A stretch of 64,000 bases of DNA. Source: Raillietiella orientalis (lineage: Eukaryota). Where the stretch lies: the NCBI GenBank assembly GCA_036172245.1, contig JAYWIR010000011.1:1798001-1862000 (forward strand), in the 5' to 3' direction. Position numbers and translations under genes: made by a program. Positions 12,371 through 23,545 of the stretch are shown here, piece by piece. The notes under the pieces were generated by a model, which saw only the letters and a program-made list of their open reading frames with translations, was not told the DNA's origin and made no database searches. Every line of letters starts with the position of its first letter. The stretch's first letter is position 1.

Positions 12371-12435
12371 TGATGCCCCTCCCCTCCTCCTCCTCCCTTT
12401 GCTTTTTTTTTTTGTTTGATCGCCCCCCCCCCCCC

Positions 12436-13735
12436 TACTCGGCCAGACTCCGCAGGCTTAAAGCCCCACTGAGGAACGCCCTTCGCAGACATGCGAGGTC
12501 CAGCATCTGCCTCAAAGACTTACCGGCGCCGGAGGGAGTCGTGCGGCTGGGACGGTCGCGCGCGATGGGCCTGCGCGCCAAACCGTGGACTTGCGCGCGG
12601 ACTGCGCCCGCACGTCCTTCGGCGATGCTTCGGCAGCGAAGGATGACGACTTCCGCTGCTACCTCGCCCCCGTCACAAGATGCCGAAATTTGGCTCCCTC
12701 TCCCCCTTCCCCGAGGCAACTCGCCTCCCTTCCGGAAGCGCATTCGTGGTTCTCCTGCCTCACGAAGAGCCCGAATGCCCGGTGCCAGGAAGCCGTCCGT
12801 CCCGGGCTGCCTCCCAACGAAGGCCTTCTCGGAAACTTCGTCTCCTGCGACGCTTCCCCAGCCGTCCTTCGGGGGAGAGCTGCTGCAGGACCTGAAGGAG
12901 TCGAGGCCGCCACACCTCTCGCCGCAGCGCGGTCCGCCCTCAGGGCAAGAGGCGACCCGGCGGGCCGGGAGTGGCTCTTGCAGGAGCGGCCGCCGCCTCC
13001 GCTCCTGCATGTCCAGGCGGAGGGACTCCCTCGAGGGAGCGAACTACTCGGCGTCGCCCCCGAGAAAAAACTCGCGGTCTCTCCCCAACGTCTGAACACT
13101 TCCGTATTCCCTGTGACCTGGAAACAGGACGCGCTGCCATCTCTGTGCTGGGGGCTCCAGTGCGACCAGCGCCCGTGCCTCGCTTTCCTGAGAGCCGCAT
13201 CCTCGACCTGTACCTGGAGCGGGTCGCCGTGCCATGGAGACGTAGGTCAGTGTAGGTCACCTGCATGGTAACCGTGGTAACTGCGGGGGTGTATTTAATG
13301 ATTCGATTTAATGAAATTGGGAAGATGAGTAGTGTGGTAGTTTGCCTGCACGAGGGCGGCAGCGAGGTGACCTCGCCAGGTGGAGGAAGCCAAGTCAGAG
13401 ATCGCCGACATGCTGCGCCGGTTTGTGGAGGAAGGAACGGGCCGAACCCCGTGATCCCTGTCCCGACTCTCCTCCCTTTTATTCATGTGGTCACTGTCCC
13501 TTCCCTTCCGTTTCGAACTTTTCCTGGTGTTTGAGAAGGAATGGGAAAAGCCAAGTAGCTATGCCCCTGCCCTCCTCTCATTCATTTCTCATGGCCCCTC
13601 CCACCCGTTCCGGATTTCTGGGGTGACCGAACCGCGTGGTGATGTCCCATCCCCCTTGGAACTTCTTGCTGTTGTTTCGTTGGGGAGCTGCGTGTTCACC
13701 TTCGGAATAAAAGCACCCGGCCTGACCAGGTGATG
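12436..13735 (+). mobile_element. Tx1/L1-clade LINE 3' fragment
   Basis: 13230-13530 aligns by eye with 23175-23410. The 3' UTR is homologous to the other copies and ends AATAAAAGCACCCGGCCTGACCAGGTGA. Confidence 0.65.
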
Positions 13736-13739
13736 ATCC

Positions 13740-14415
13740 TGCCGCTCCCGCTGGCAGCTCAGCGCAGCCAGAACCCCCGCGTAGAAGCGGGAGGGATGGC
13801 TCAGCGACGAGGGAAAGGCGCCCGTTAGCGGGGTGAAATGACCCAGTCCGGGAAGCGAGGGGACCTTCGAACGCTTGCAGGCCGACTGACTCTCATGTAG
13901 GCGAGGCGACTGCCATGCGGGTGACCTCCCTTAGCTGCGTCGGCGTCTCCGTGGCACGGCACGGCATGGTGAGCCATGACGACGGTTCGCAGATGCAGCA
14001 TCTCGTCGCGATCACCACGCGCCTGTTGGGAGTCCACCGCGAGCGAAGAGTCGGCTCAACAGCTCACGGGAGGCGTCCTCTTGGTGTGGGGAACGCCAGC
14101 CTCCGCCACAGCTCGCTGAAGTCCTTCGCGGAAGCGGGAGGGACAGCAGGTGAAATCGCCCGTCCCCTTTCCCCCAGACCTTCCTCACCTGACGCAGACC
14201 CTCGGGAATCCATTGGAATACCGTGATACCAGCCTGTCCCGTTCCCTATTTACGTATTTATTCATTTTCCCCCCCTTCCTCTCCTCGCTGGTTCTGCCCC
14301 CTGCGAGAGTAGCTCTTTGAGTTCCGGCCAACACATGGCGGTCCTTCTCCCTCCATGACCGTATAATTAGATTATTCATTTGTAATAAATGGCACGGCTG
14401 TCCGGGATGAGAAGA
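13740..14415 (+). mobile_element. Diverged Tx1/L1-clade LINE 3' fragment
   Basis: Degenerate zf-RVT-like region (RHGMV...MQHLVAI), a TATTTATT/pyrimidine-rich UTR, and terminus AATAAATGGCACGGCTGTCCGGGATGAGAA. Confidence 0.4.
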
Positions 14416-14591
14416 CCGCGCCGGAACGTTTGCTCTTGAAAGGGAAGGGAGGGGCAGTTGGTTCCTTTCTCGGCGCTCGGAAGCTCGCGAAGGGGCAGTG
14501 GAGCCGACGAAGCGCCGCCGACTTGCAAGTCGGCTCGTGTGAGGTGCTGCGGTCGGGGGGGGAGGGGGGAGGGAGGGGGATAAGTAAAACA

Positions 14592-14956
14592 CAGTGGTAC
14601 CTCGGTACTCGTCGGAAATTCGTCTGGAACTCGTGACGAGTGCCGAAACAGGCGAGTACCGAATGAGTTCCTTTCTAGGCTTTGTGGGATCATTTCCAAC
14701 CATTTTAGGGCCCCGTGATTAACGCTTAAAACGCACAGAAAGCACCAGAAGAAAGGAACGACTAAGGAGGCACTCCATGGAAGTGTTCGGCACTGTTCAC
14801 GAGCCACCATGAACTAAAAGCGTTCCCTTGTTTCATCACGATTGTGGGGTGTCGAGTTCCGAGCATGCTCCGAGCGTGGAAACATTTTTTTTCTCGTTGT
14901 GTGACGAGTTTCGAGTTTGACGAGTTCCGACACCGTCGAGTATCGAGGCGCCACTG
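14592..14956. mobile_element. Tigger/pogo-type MITE, copy 1
   Basis: TIRs CAGTGGTACCTCGGTACTCG ... CGAGTATCGAGGCGCCACTG. Internal sequence is homologous to 61142-61474. The TA target duplication has decayed (ca/aa). Confidence 0.85.
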
Positions 14957-15554
14957 AAATAAATGGGGTAGGTTGAGGGAGGTGGACGCCGTGGTCTCTC
15001 TGCTGCCGTCCAGCGGCGCAAGTGGCGCCCCCTCCGCACCGACCCCCGTCTTTGCTGGCGAGCCTCCGACGCGTAGCGAGCAGCCAGAATCCCCCTGGGG
15101 ATTTGCGATCAGGAAAGCGGGAGGGAAAGTCCACCTCCTTGGCAGCAGCGCCGCAGCGTCTTTCTTTAGGGGCGAGTCCGGGTGAAGCAGAGAAACCGCG
15201 AGGCGTTTCCAGGAGGACACCGGCTTCCCACGAGCGGACGCGGAAACGCGCCTCGAGACCACCTCTCCCCCTTCCTCGTCCAGTGGCGTTCTCCCGATGA
15301 CCAAAGATGCTTTTTTTTTGTTACACTCTATGTCCTTAGCCAAGGTCACAGGTCAGTCGGCGTCCTGTCGAGCTTGACTCCGAAGAGGAGACTTCTCGCT
15401 GCACTGGCCTCGCAGCCCTTAGGGTCATTCGGCGTTCCCTTATTCTTATTCTTCTTCCGCGATGGCCCATGCTGTTGCTCCTCCCGTGCCGAAAAAGTCT
15501 TCAGCCACGGTCGGCATCACGAGGGGAACGGAGCTGGGTGTCCCTCTGAAAGTC

Positions 15555-17630
15555 GATTCTCAGCCGGGTGCGCCGGGGCGTTTATTCTCCCGAATAAAAC
15601 CTTTACAGAATCTGTGGCTGGACCAGTGGTCCAGTCACGCCCCAGATGTTCAAAAGCTGCCGGGTCACCGGTTCGAAGACCGGTGAGGTCCACCTCGGTA
15701 GCAGAGGGAAGGGGACTTAAACAAAAAGAAAAACAAGAATGAAAAATAAATAAAAGAACTGGGGAGGGCTCTGGAAGAGATCACAGTCTGCCGGGATGGT
15801 CTTTCACATCCTCTGGAGGATGACGGCAAATATGGGATTCCAGGTGGGACCATCGCTTCTCCATTCTTAGGAAGCGGACGGAGTATTCGCTGACATCCCT
15901 ATCGCTGGGTCCTCCCGTCGCGTTGCTCCATGCAGCGATGATCCCGCGTAGGCAGCACAAGGCTGCAAGGGAGGCCGCTGGCTGAAGGGCGTCGCGGACG
16001 AAGAGGGGTCTAATTGCGTTTTTGGTGTTGCCACAGAGGATACCTTGGGTCGCTGCAAAGAGCAACTACAGGGGCCGGAGGGCAACAGTCAGCAAGCAGG
16101 TGCGGGAGGAATTCCCGTACCCTGCACCTGACGCAGTTCGGGTCCACAGCCCCCCTCGTCCAGTGAGATCGGCGCGACATTGCCGGGGAGTCCCCAGTGC
16201 AAGACCAAACACGCTGACTCTTGCCACTTCAGGGGAAGGGCCCGGGAATTCTTCAGCACTGGGGGCCACTCTAGTACTTCTAACGGGATGCTAATCAGCT
16301 CGCCCCAGCTCAATAGTCCTTTCGGTGGGGCACTTGGGGTCGCAGCATCAGTCAGTTGGCCCTTGGCCCAAACACCCTGTTCCTTCTCTGTTGTAGAGAT
16401 TCTACATCGGACCTCTTATTTCTTGGGCTAGCCATTGCCCAGGAGGTCCCTGAGGTAGGGTAGAGCCGCATCTAGGGAGGTCCTTTTAGCACGCGAGGAG
16501 GGCTGCACGATAACGTCTTGCAGCGAGCGGCTGTTGTAAAAGGAGTGCAGCATTCCCTGATGCAACTCCGGGCTCGCTTCACCGTTCTGGGCTCATGTGC
16601 AAAGGCTTTCCTGCAAGCAGGCAGTGCCGTTCGCGGGCCGGCAGGAGATCCAGGTGTTCATCCTGTTCAGCCTGATCACTCGCCGGAGCTGCAGTCTGCA
16701 GCAGAACAGGTACCGACGTTTGCCGCGCGCTAGGGAGGTGCACAGTTCCGCGCAATCGCTGGCTCGCTGGACCAAGTGTAGTAGAGGCTCGCACCAGCTG
16801 GTGCTCCATAATTTCTCCGCAAGGGCAAGAATCCTGAATTGGAGCTGAAACTCCAGCCGCTCCAGCGTCAGGAGGCCGAGGCCACCGTCCCGACGCGGAG
16901 CGCACAAACCCTTCAAGCGGACTCGGAAGTCGCCCTCGACGGGTGCCTTCGCGTGCTGGGCCCGTGGCAGTAGCTGCGCGCAGTTCTCGACTCCTGCTGG
17001 AGTCGAACGCTCCGGGCCTTGCCCGTCCAGTAGTTACTCCATCGCAGCCACCGCTGCCCCAGACGTGTCCCTTGGCCCTGGATCTGCATTCGACGCCACC
17101 TGCGCGCGCATCCGGAAGCCTGGAGCCGTCGGTTCGTGCCTGCAGGAATGAGCGGTGGTTCCCGAGTCCTCAGAGCAGGCAGGAGGCACGAGGCAGATGC
17201 CGGATGCAAAGCCGCCAAACCAGGTGGCTGAAGCGGCGGTCTCAGCCCTCCGACTCGTTGTTATTGCGGAAGACACGGAGCTGCTCCACGACTGCTGGAT
17301 AAGCTGAGCCAGCCTCCCAGCATCCATCGACTTCACCACGAGGATGCGGTTCCAGCTCGATCCCGGGCTGGTAGACCCCTCTCTGCCTCTTTGTTTTGCC
17401 CTCGAACCCAGGCGGCCGTCGAAGTGGATGTGGTCGACTAGGTCATGCGCTCTAGGCTCGTCGGCGGTCAATTGGCGCTTGCAACTGGCTTGCTCGCCTG
17501 CCCGCTGTGACCTTACCATCGAGTGTCACTTGGTGGACAGGAGGAGGTTGAAATCCCCTGCCATCAGAAGCACCAAGTCTGGACCCGCGCTGCTTGGCCA
17601 TTGGCTCCCGAGCGCGCGCCGACGAACCGA
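15555..17630 (-). mobile_element. Tx1/L1-clade LINE lacking the RT core (APE endonuclease - thumb - CCHC - 3' UTR)
   Basis: APE motif LVLLMAGDFNLLL (17538-17576), thumb LCAPRRDGGLGLL (~16870-16907), intact CCHC VDPNCVRCRVREFLPHLLADC (16085-16147), terminus AATAAACGCCCCGGCGCACCCGGCTGAGAA. Confidence 0.8.
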
Positions 17631-17633
17631 GTT

Positions 17634-18103
17634 GACCCGCGCTGGCGGTCGTGAGGCCGCGGTCTCCGCGCGCGAGGCATCGAGCGTCGCAGATTCAAAT
17701 CTCGCCCGAGGAAGGGTCGGCTCCAGAGAAATGGGTGCGTCTTGAGTTTCGAGTCACCCTGCGCAGGACGACGCTGGCTGGGCTTTAGGTTTCGGGTGCG
17801 GCAACGGTGGAAACAACCAGAAACCGGATGTACCCGTTGACTGGCCGGAGCTGGAAGTTGACCCTTCGGATCCTTCCAGGAATCAAGGAGTAGGTTCCCT
17901 TCGGGGTCTTTCTCCCCCGGTTGCGAAGGTGGAGGCATTAAAAAAATGGACATCATGCAGCTGGTTGATACCCTCCTAGAGGGGTTGCCTCTAGGAGGTG
18001 CAAGAAGCCCGCCGCTCTCTTCAGGGAGCGCCCTCCAGAGAAATGCCGAAGCATCCCTTCGGGGTGGTTCTCTTCAAAGAAGGAAACAAGGAGCGTTCCC
18101 TTT
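17634..18103 (+). mobile_element. tRNA-derived SINE, copy 4 (3'-truncated)
   Basis: Head ACCCGCGCTGGCGGTCGTGAGGCCGCGGTCTCCGCG...AGATTCAAATCTC. Body matches copy 2 up to CCCTTCGGGGTGGTTCTCTTCA. Confidence 0.8.
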
Positions 18104-18119
18104 CGTTGGGGGGCTTCTG

Positions 18120-18860
18120 ACTAATAGAAGCCTGGTCCGGCCGTCTTCAGAAAGTAAGATGGCGCTTGGAGGGCAAGTTGGACTTGCCGGAACGGGCCGC
18201 GGTTTGGAACGCATTCGTCGCTCCTTTCCTCTGCCCCCTTCTTTTTGTCCGTCCTGTATTCTGAGAAGCTAAAAAAGCAGACGAAAAGCCTCCTTCGAAT
18301 CGCCTTGTGGAACAGCGGTGGGAGGTCCCGAGTCCGGCTGACGGACCCGTGTGCTCCGCTCCGGGACAGCGGCCTCGGTCTCCTGGCTCTGGAGCGGACA
18401 GAAATTCAGCTGGGATGGCGAACGATGGCCATCGCAGCGAAGTACTGGAGCGCCCCCTGGTGCGTTCCTACACACCTCCTCGTCAGCCATGTATTCCCTA
18501 CGGAAGGACTTGCCTCCTACCTCTTGCGCTCCTGCCGGAAGGTGAGAAGATGAGGTCTCCTCCTCGGATACGTATGACCGCCTTGGAGATGGAGAACGGC
18601 TGGATGCTCCGCCAACTCGAGTGCCTGGCTAGAGGAAGCTGTTGCCACGTGGGCGAAGATGAACGAGCGGAGATCCGAAGAATGGCATCCACACCCGCTG
18701 CCCACTGCGGAAGATCCTGGAGAGTCCCAGAATGAGCACGTGAGCGGAGAGCACCCCCTTGCGGCAACGACGCCCTTCCTGAGGAGGGTAGCTGGAAGCA
18801 GCCAACCGCCGAGGGGGGAGTTTGCTGCGAGATCGCGGGCAGGAGGAAGCTCATGAGTGG
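18120..18860 (+). mobile_element. Tx1/L1-clade LINE ORF2 thumb-region fragment
   Basis: WSGRLQKVRWRLEGKLDLPERAAVWNAFV and IALWNSGGRSRVRLTDPCAPLRDSGLGLLALER, homologous to the translation of 16593-16916. Confidence 0.7.
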
Positions 18861-19017
18861 ATAGACTATGGGGCAGCTGGCGGATGCTGCGACCCGAATA
18901 CCCTTCCGAGAGGACTACAGCGCTGGAGAGAGCTATTCCATGCTAAGACCTAGGGTGGATCTCAGTGCTCAAGAACAGCAGCTCCCTCCCCTTGAAGTGA
19001 TAGGGATCACAATTCCT

Positions 19018-19220
19018 CTGTTTCAAACAGATCCTTCAGGAACATATCATGAATGGGAGGCAAATGCTACTGGACACAATGCAAGAAATGTGAGGGAATT
19101 TCTTGAGCAATCCTATGTAGAGGATGATATGCAAGATGATGAAAAGTCATTAAACTTGCTATTCGTGGTTTGTTAGAATTAGTACAGTCTAGCAGCAGAA
19201 ATCTGCAAGTATCAGTCATG
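19018..19220 (+). pseudogene. PSMA7: Proteasome subunit alpha type-7 fragment
   Basis: [33 protein letters not shown], then after a 1-nt loss in the A-run at ~19142-19145, KVIKLAIRGLLELVQSSSRNLQVSVM. This matches the known PSMA7 segment [20 protein letters not shown]...VREFLEKNY...[24 protein letters not shown]. No N-terminal half is present. Confidence 0.9.
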
Positions 19221-19244
19221 CATTACAACAAACAAACAAAAAAG

Positions 19245-19720
19245 CGGACTGAGAACATTCTGGAAGAAGCCTTCTGAGAGTGGCAGAGATCCGGGGTCTG
19301 CTCGAAGGACTATGTGCGCGCCGCTTCGAGACACTGAACCCGGCGCAGGAGAGGATGGAGTGAGGCCCCAGTTCCAAAGAACAGCCCTAGTCACGAATTT
19401 CTGGACCATCCGCTGGTGCGTCCCGGCTCGGACCCTGACCAAGGGAGCAGTTGTCTTCTTCATCTGCAGCCACCGAAGGCTGCCCCGATGCGGGTACCAG
19501 CTTCGACGGATGGTTGCCCTGGCTAGCACGGGAACCAGTTGTGTCCCCTGCTCGCCCACGAACCGCAGCGCCTGGAAACAGGAAGCAGCCCAGACGTGGG
19601 CGAAGATGAACGGGGAGAGCTCGGAGGAAGCACAGAGTCTGCTGTGCTCCGGACACGCTTGCCACTCGCTGCAGGAAGGAATTGAGAGCCCGAGGAAGAC
19701 CCTATGAGCTGGAAGAACAC
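19245..19720 (+). mobile_element. Tx1/L1-clade LINE ORF2 thumb-region fragment
   Basis: MCAPLRD...FWTIRWCVPARTL and AAQTWAKMNGE are homologous to 18340-18740 (CAPLRD...YWSAPWCVP; acgtgggcgaagatgaacg is shared). Confidence 0.65.
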
Positions 19721-19779
19721 TGCCTGCTGCAGCGCTGCACGTTCCCACGGGAGAACGCCGACGGCAACCAGCCGGCAAG

Positions 19780-22700
19780 TTGACAGGTGTCCTGCGGCAT
19801 CTTGGGTCGGAAAAAACTGTCGAGGTATTTGAGCAACGCGTCAGCTGGGCTAGTCGATTTCACCCCCATTGCCTTCCCCAAAGGACTTCGCCTGGCAGAT
19901 CACCTCGGAAGCCCGTCGGGGAAGTGGAGATCCCCGCTGCTTTCTTGGACGGCTCCGTGCTTGCCCCCAAGTGGCAGGACTTGGCGCTGCGAGGTCTGCA
20001 TTGGGGCCACCTCACTGCAGCGCACCCCTCTGCCACTTGGACCAGTAGAGGCGCAGTGAAAGGGAAACCTCCCCGCACCTGCTCTTCGAGTGTGCCGCTC
20101 TCCGGTTGCGTGTGGGAAGGTTGAACCACGTCCCTCAATTTCGCGGAAGACCACCCGAAGGCCTCTTTCGGACGCTCCTCTTCGCACGTGGCGCCACATC
20201 GCCTGCAGCAGCGACTGCAGCTCCCTCCGCGGAATTGCGGCGGCCTCCAAAAGCCCGGACGGCAGAGGCGGATGAACTGCGGACTCACCTCCTTCGATTT
20301 CACTCTCCTGAGGGTCGAGTCGACACCGCCGCACCTGGCACTTGACCAGCCGCGCGCGGGGACTGCCACCGTTGTCGGAACAACCTTTTTTTTTCCTTCT
20401 TTGAAGGAGCAGCGCTGCATCGGACAGGCTCGGCGCGGTGACCTTCGGGTGCCGCTCACTCGGCGGTTCGCCTCCTGCTCTGCTTTCTCGTACACCAGCA
20501 GCAGCCACGCCCGCTCCTCTTTGGACCGTCTTCAACTTTTCGGTCGGCCACACCGACATCCGGTTTCTTTTGAGGAAAAGAAACCAGATGTCGGTGACTC
20601 ATGAGAGTCACCTGTTCGGGCTCGGCGGCGGACTTTGGTCCGGGCTCTGCTACCCCTTCCTCTTCAGGACGAGTTCATCCTGGAGAAAGAGAAGTAGAAG
20701 GTCCGACGACAAGCGGACTGAGTCCAGGAGGTGGGCGATGTCTGTCCCCTTACTCCAGGGGGCGGACGTTCTTCAGCCAGTAAATCCGGCCAAAGGCGCC
20801 TGCATCTTTTCCTCTTCCGCTTCGGGACAGTGTAGTTTCCGGGGAAACTCCTTAGCTTCTGCTTCTCAGATGGCTCTCGCATGACTGGCTGGTCGTAGGG
20901 GGTGCTTCGCATCTTTGGACATACCTCTTCCAGGCGTGTTTCAGTTCTGCAGAGCCCACGAAATTGGGGCTTTCCGACGCTTGCAATTCCGTCGCGCGCG
21001 GTGGCCTGCCTGCCTGGCAACGCCATCTGCACTCCGGGAAACCCACCGGATATTTTGTAAAGACAACGGGATCGAGTTTTACTCCATGTCTCGCGAACAG
21101 TGCCCGAGTCAGGAGCTGATTCGTCCTCCATGGTGCTCTCCGACGTGCCGACAGTGATTCCCATTAGATGGGTCAGCATCCGCTTTCCCTAAGGGGTAGG
21201 ATCAACATCCCTCCCTCTTACGTTCGCTGTTTCCCGAAGTAGACGGTGGACCAACACTCCATTTGAGCAGCATGGCTGCAGGCCCTTGGCGTCACCCAGC
21301 ATAACGAGCGCACCTCTGCACGTAGGAATTCTTTAAGCCCCATGCTCGCGGATTTTCGGTCGTGCCCTACGTTGGAAATCAGGGTGTTCCCGAGGACCCG
21401 CATCGGGACCATGTCCCTTCCCAGAGTGTCTGGCGGTTCCGCCAACGGAGTTTATCCTGTCGGGAGGGATGACTTTCCCGTGAGCGCGGAGGTCCAGGAT
21501 TTCTTCAAGAATGTCAACAGGATTCACCTTCGAATAAATCTGACTTCTGGCTCTTCTGCTGCGCCTCTCCAGCTCTTGGAGGGCGAAGTTCCTCGCGTGC
21601 GTGGTGGGGCGTGTAGCTGCCATCGGATTTCCGGGAGGCCTCCTTGCAAGCGAAGGTCGACGCTCGCTCTCCTCCCACGCTACCTTCCGGTTCTTCCGGA
21701 AGTCCTCTGAGGTCCTCGGTGGGGACCCTCGAAGCGAATTGAGGCTCCGCCTTTGGGAGACCCCCCTGGGCAGGTTCACCCGCGGACAGAGAGAAGGACG
21801 CAGAAGATCTCCCTGGAGATGAACCGCTTCGCCGTGCACATCGTCGTGGGATGGGAGTCGGGACTTATTTTTGGTGGGGACACGTCGACTCGATCTTCGA
21901 GGTTGCCCGCGAAGACCAGGCTGAGATCGTTTAGCCGTGCCATGCGTTGCTCTCCCAAGGAAATTCTCGAACAGGAAGCATCCAGAAGTCGCTTCGTGTG
22001 CGCTGTCCTCAGCACGACCGGAGAGCCACACGGACCCGCGGCGTCAAGAGCGCCACCTCTTTGAGGTTTGCGATGTTCATCCCCGGGTTGCGCGCTTCCG
22101 TTCCAGCAACCAACGTGCCGCGAGCATCAGGGATGGGCACGCGATTTGTTTAAAGATGCTCTTGCACGCCTCATCCTTTCTCCTCTTTCCCTATTCCGCG
22201 AGGAGGAGGAGCAGTGGCGTGTGTCTGGAAGATGCCGCTGAGAGCCAGCCCCTCCTCGGCACTGATCTCTGGAGGCACTGCCAGCTGTGCTGCGAGCACG
22301 CCGCACCGTATGCTGTCGACGCGCGTCTCCAGAGGCTTGATGATCGTCCCCAGGTGGGTCTCGCGAACACCTCGCGGCTCACCTCCTCGGCTGCCAGCTG
22401 ACGATCGTAGGAGATCGGTCGCCTCTTGCTCGCCAGGAGGCCTTCCGCCGCCGGAAGCTTTCGGCGACCGAGCGGTTCCGCGACTCTGCCCGCCTGCACC
22501 GTCCGAAACCTGCGGAAGGACGTCGGGAACGCGTCCTCTCCCGCACTCAGCTATCCTTCCCAACCCCGCTGCTCCCCGCTCTCCAGGGCAATGTTCCCTC
22601 CCTTTCCTCCCGCACACATCTTCTCAGACCTTCCGTCTCTCTCTCTCTCCGGCGTTGCTAAGCACCTTGGTCGTGTCCTGTAGCCGCTTGTCAATGAGGC

Positions 22701-23545
22701 ACGCGGGCGCGGGGATTCGCCTTCCCTCTGAGGCGACCGGCCTCGCTTCTGGACTCCAACCCCACGAACTGGACCGCTTGGCGGCAGGAGGCTGCTGAGA
22801 CCTGGGTCGTCACCCTGGGAGTGCGCCCGTCCTGAAACACTTCCTTCCTCTTCTGCGAACCCGCTCTGAGGTGTCCTGCCGCGCTAGGCGAAGTGGTCCT
22901 GGTCACACCTTCTTGCCTCGGCTCCATCTGCCCCAAGGGTAAGCAGTGATAGCAGCCTACCGGTGGCGTGGGAGTTCTCCTGCAGCCACTGCAGGAGTTG
23001 CGAAACTCCCGCAGCGGCTGGACCACGAGCAACGACACCAGTCCTCGTTCCCGGGAGAAGGGACCATATCGGCAGGGAGAACTGCTCCGTGTAGCTCCCG
23101 AAGAACCAGCGGTGGTTCCGCTCTTGTGCTGGAACACCTAAGTGCCCTCCTCGAACTGGAAGCGTGGGCCGCCACGCCATGGAGAAGCAGGCTCAGAGAA
23201 GGGAGGTCACCCACATGGCAGCCACCTCTACGAGGACGGCTGCGAGTGACCTCGCCAGGAGGAGGGGGGTGCCAAGTCGGAGATCGCCTGCATAGGGCTC
23301 CGGTACTGAGCAGGAAGGAGCGCCTGGTGCCAAAGAACCCTGTCGCCACCCTCCCTTTATTTATTAATTTATTGCTCTCTTCCCTCCCGCTTCGGACTTC
23401 CCCAGTGACCGACCTGCGTATCGGTGAACCCTTCTCTTGAACTTCCTTTTGTTTTGGGAACTGAGTCTCCAATTTTTTATTTATTTATTTTTAAAAAAAT
23501 AAATAAATAAAATAAACTCCCTGGCGTGGTCGGATGGAAATAAAT
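19780..23545 (+). mobile_element. Near end-to-end but internally deleted Tx1/L1-clade LINE relic
   Basis: Degenerate motifs in order: ORF1-like region; APE (KPDV..ESHL, WLVVGG, LGLSDA, RDRVLL, VLSD); RT (TRGVKSATSLRFAMFI resembling RGVRQGCPLSPLLF; LKMLLHA resembling KISLYADD); 3' UTR ending (AAAT)n AATAAACTCCCTGGCGTGGTCGGATGGAAA. Confidence 0.65.

Noticed and set aside
12300..19320. Shared 5' truncation point of Tx1 fragments at the thumb motif
   Set aside because: The 18120 copy extends further upstream until a SINE cuts it, and the other boundaries are too degenerate to call shared.
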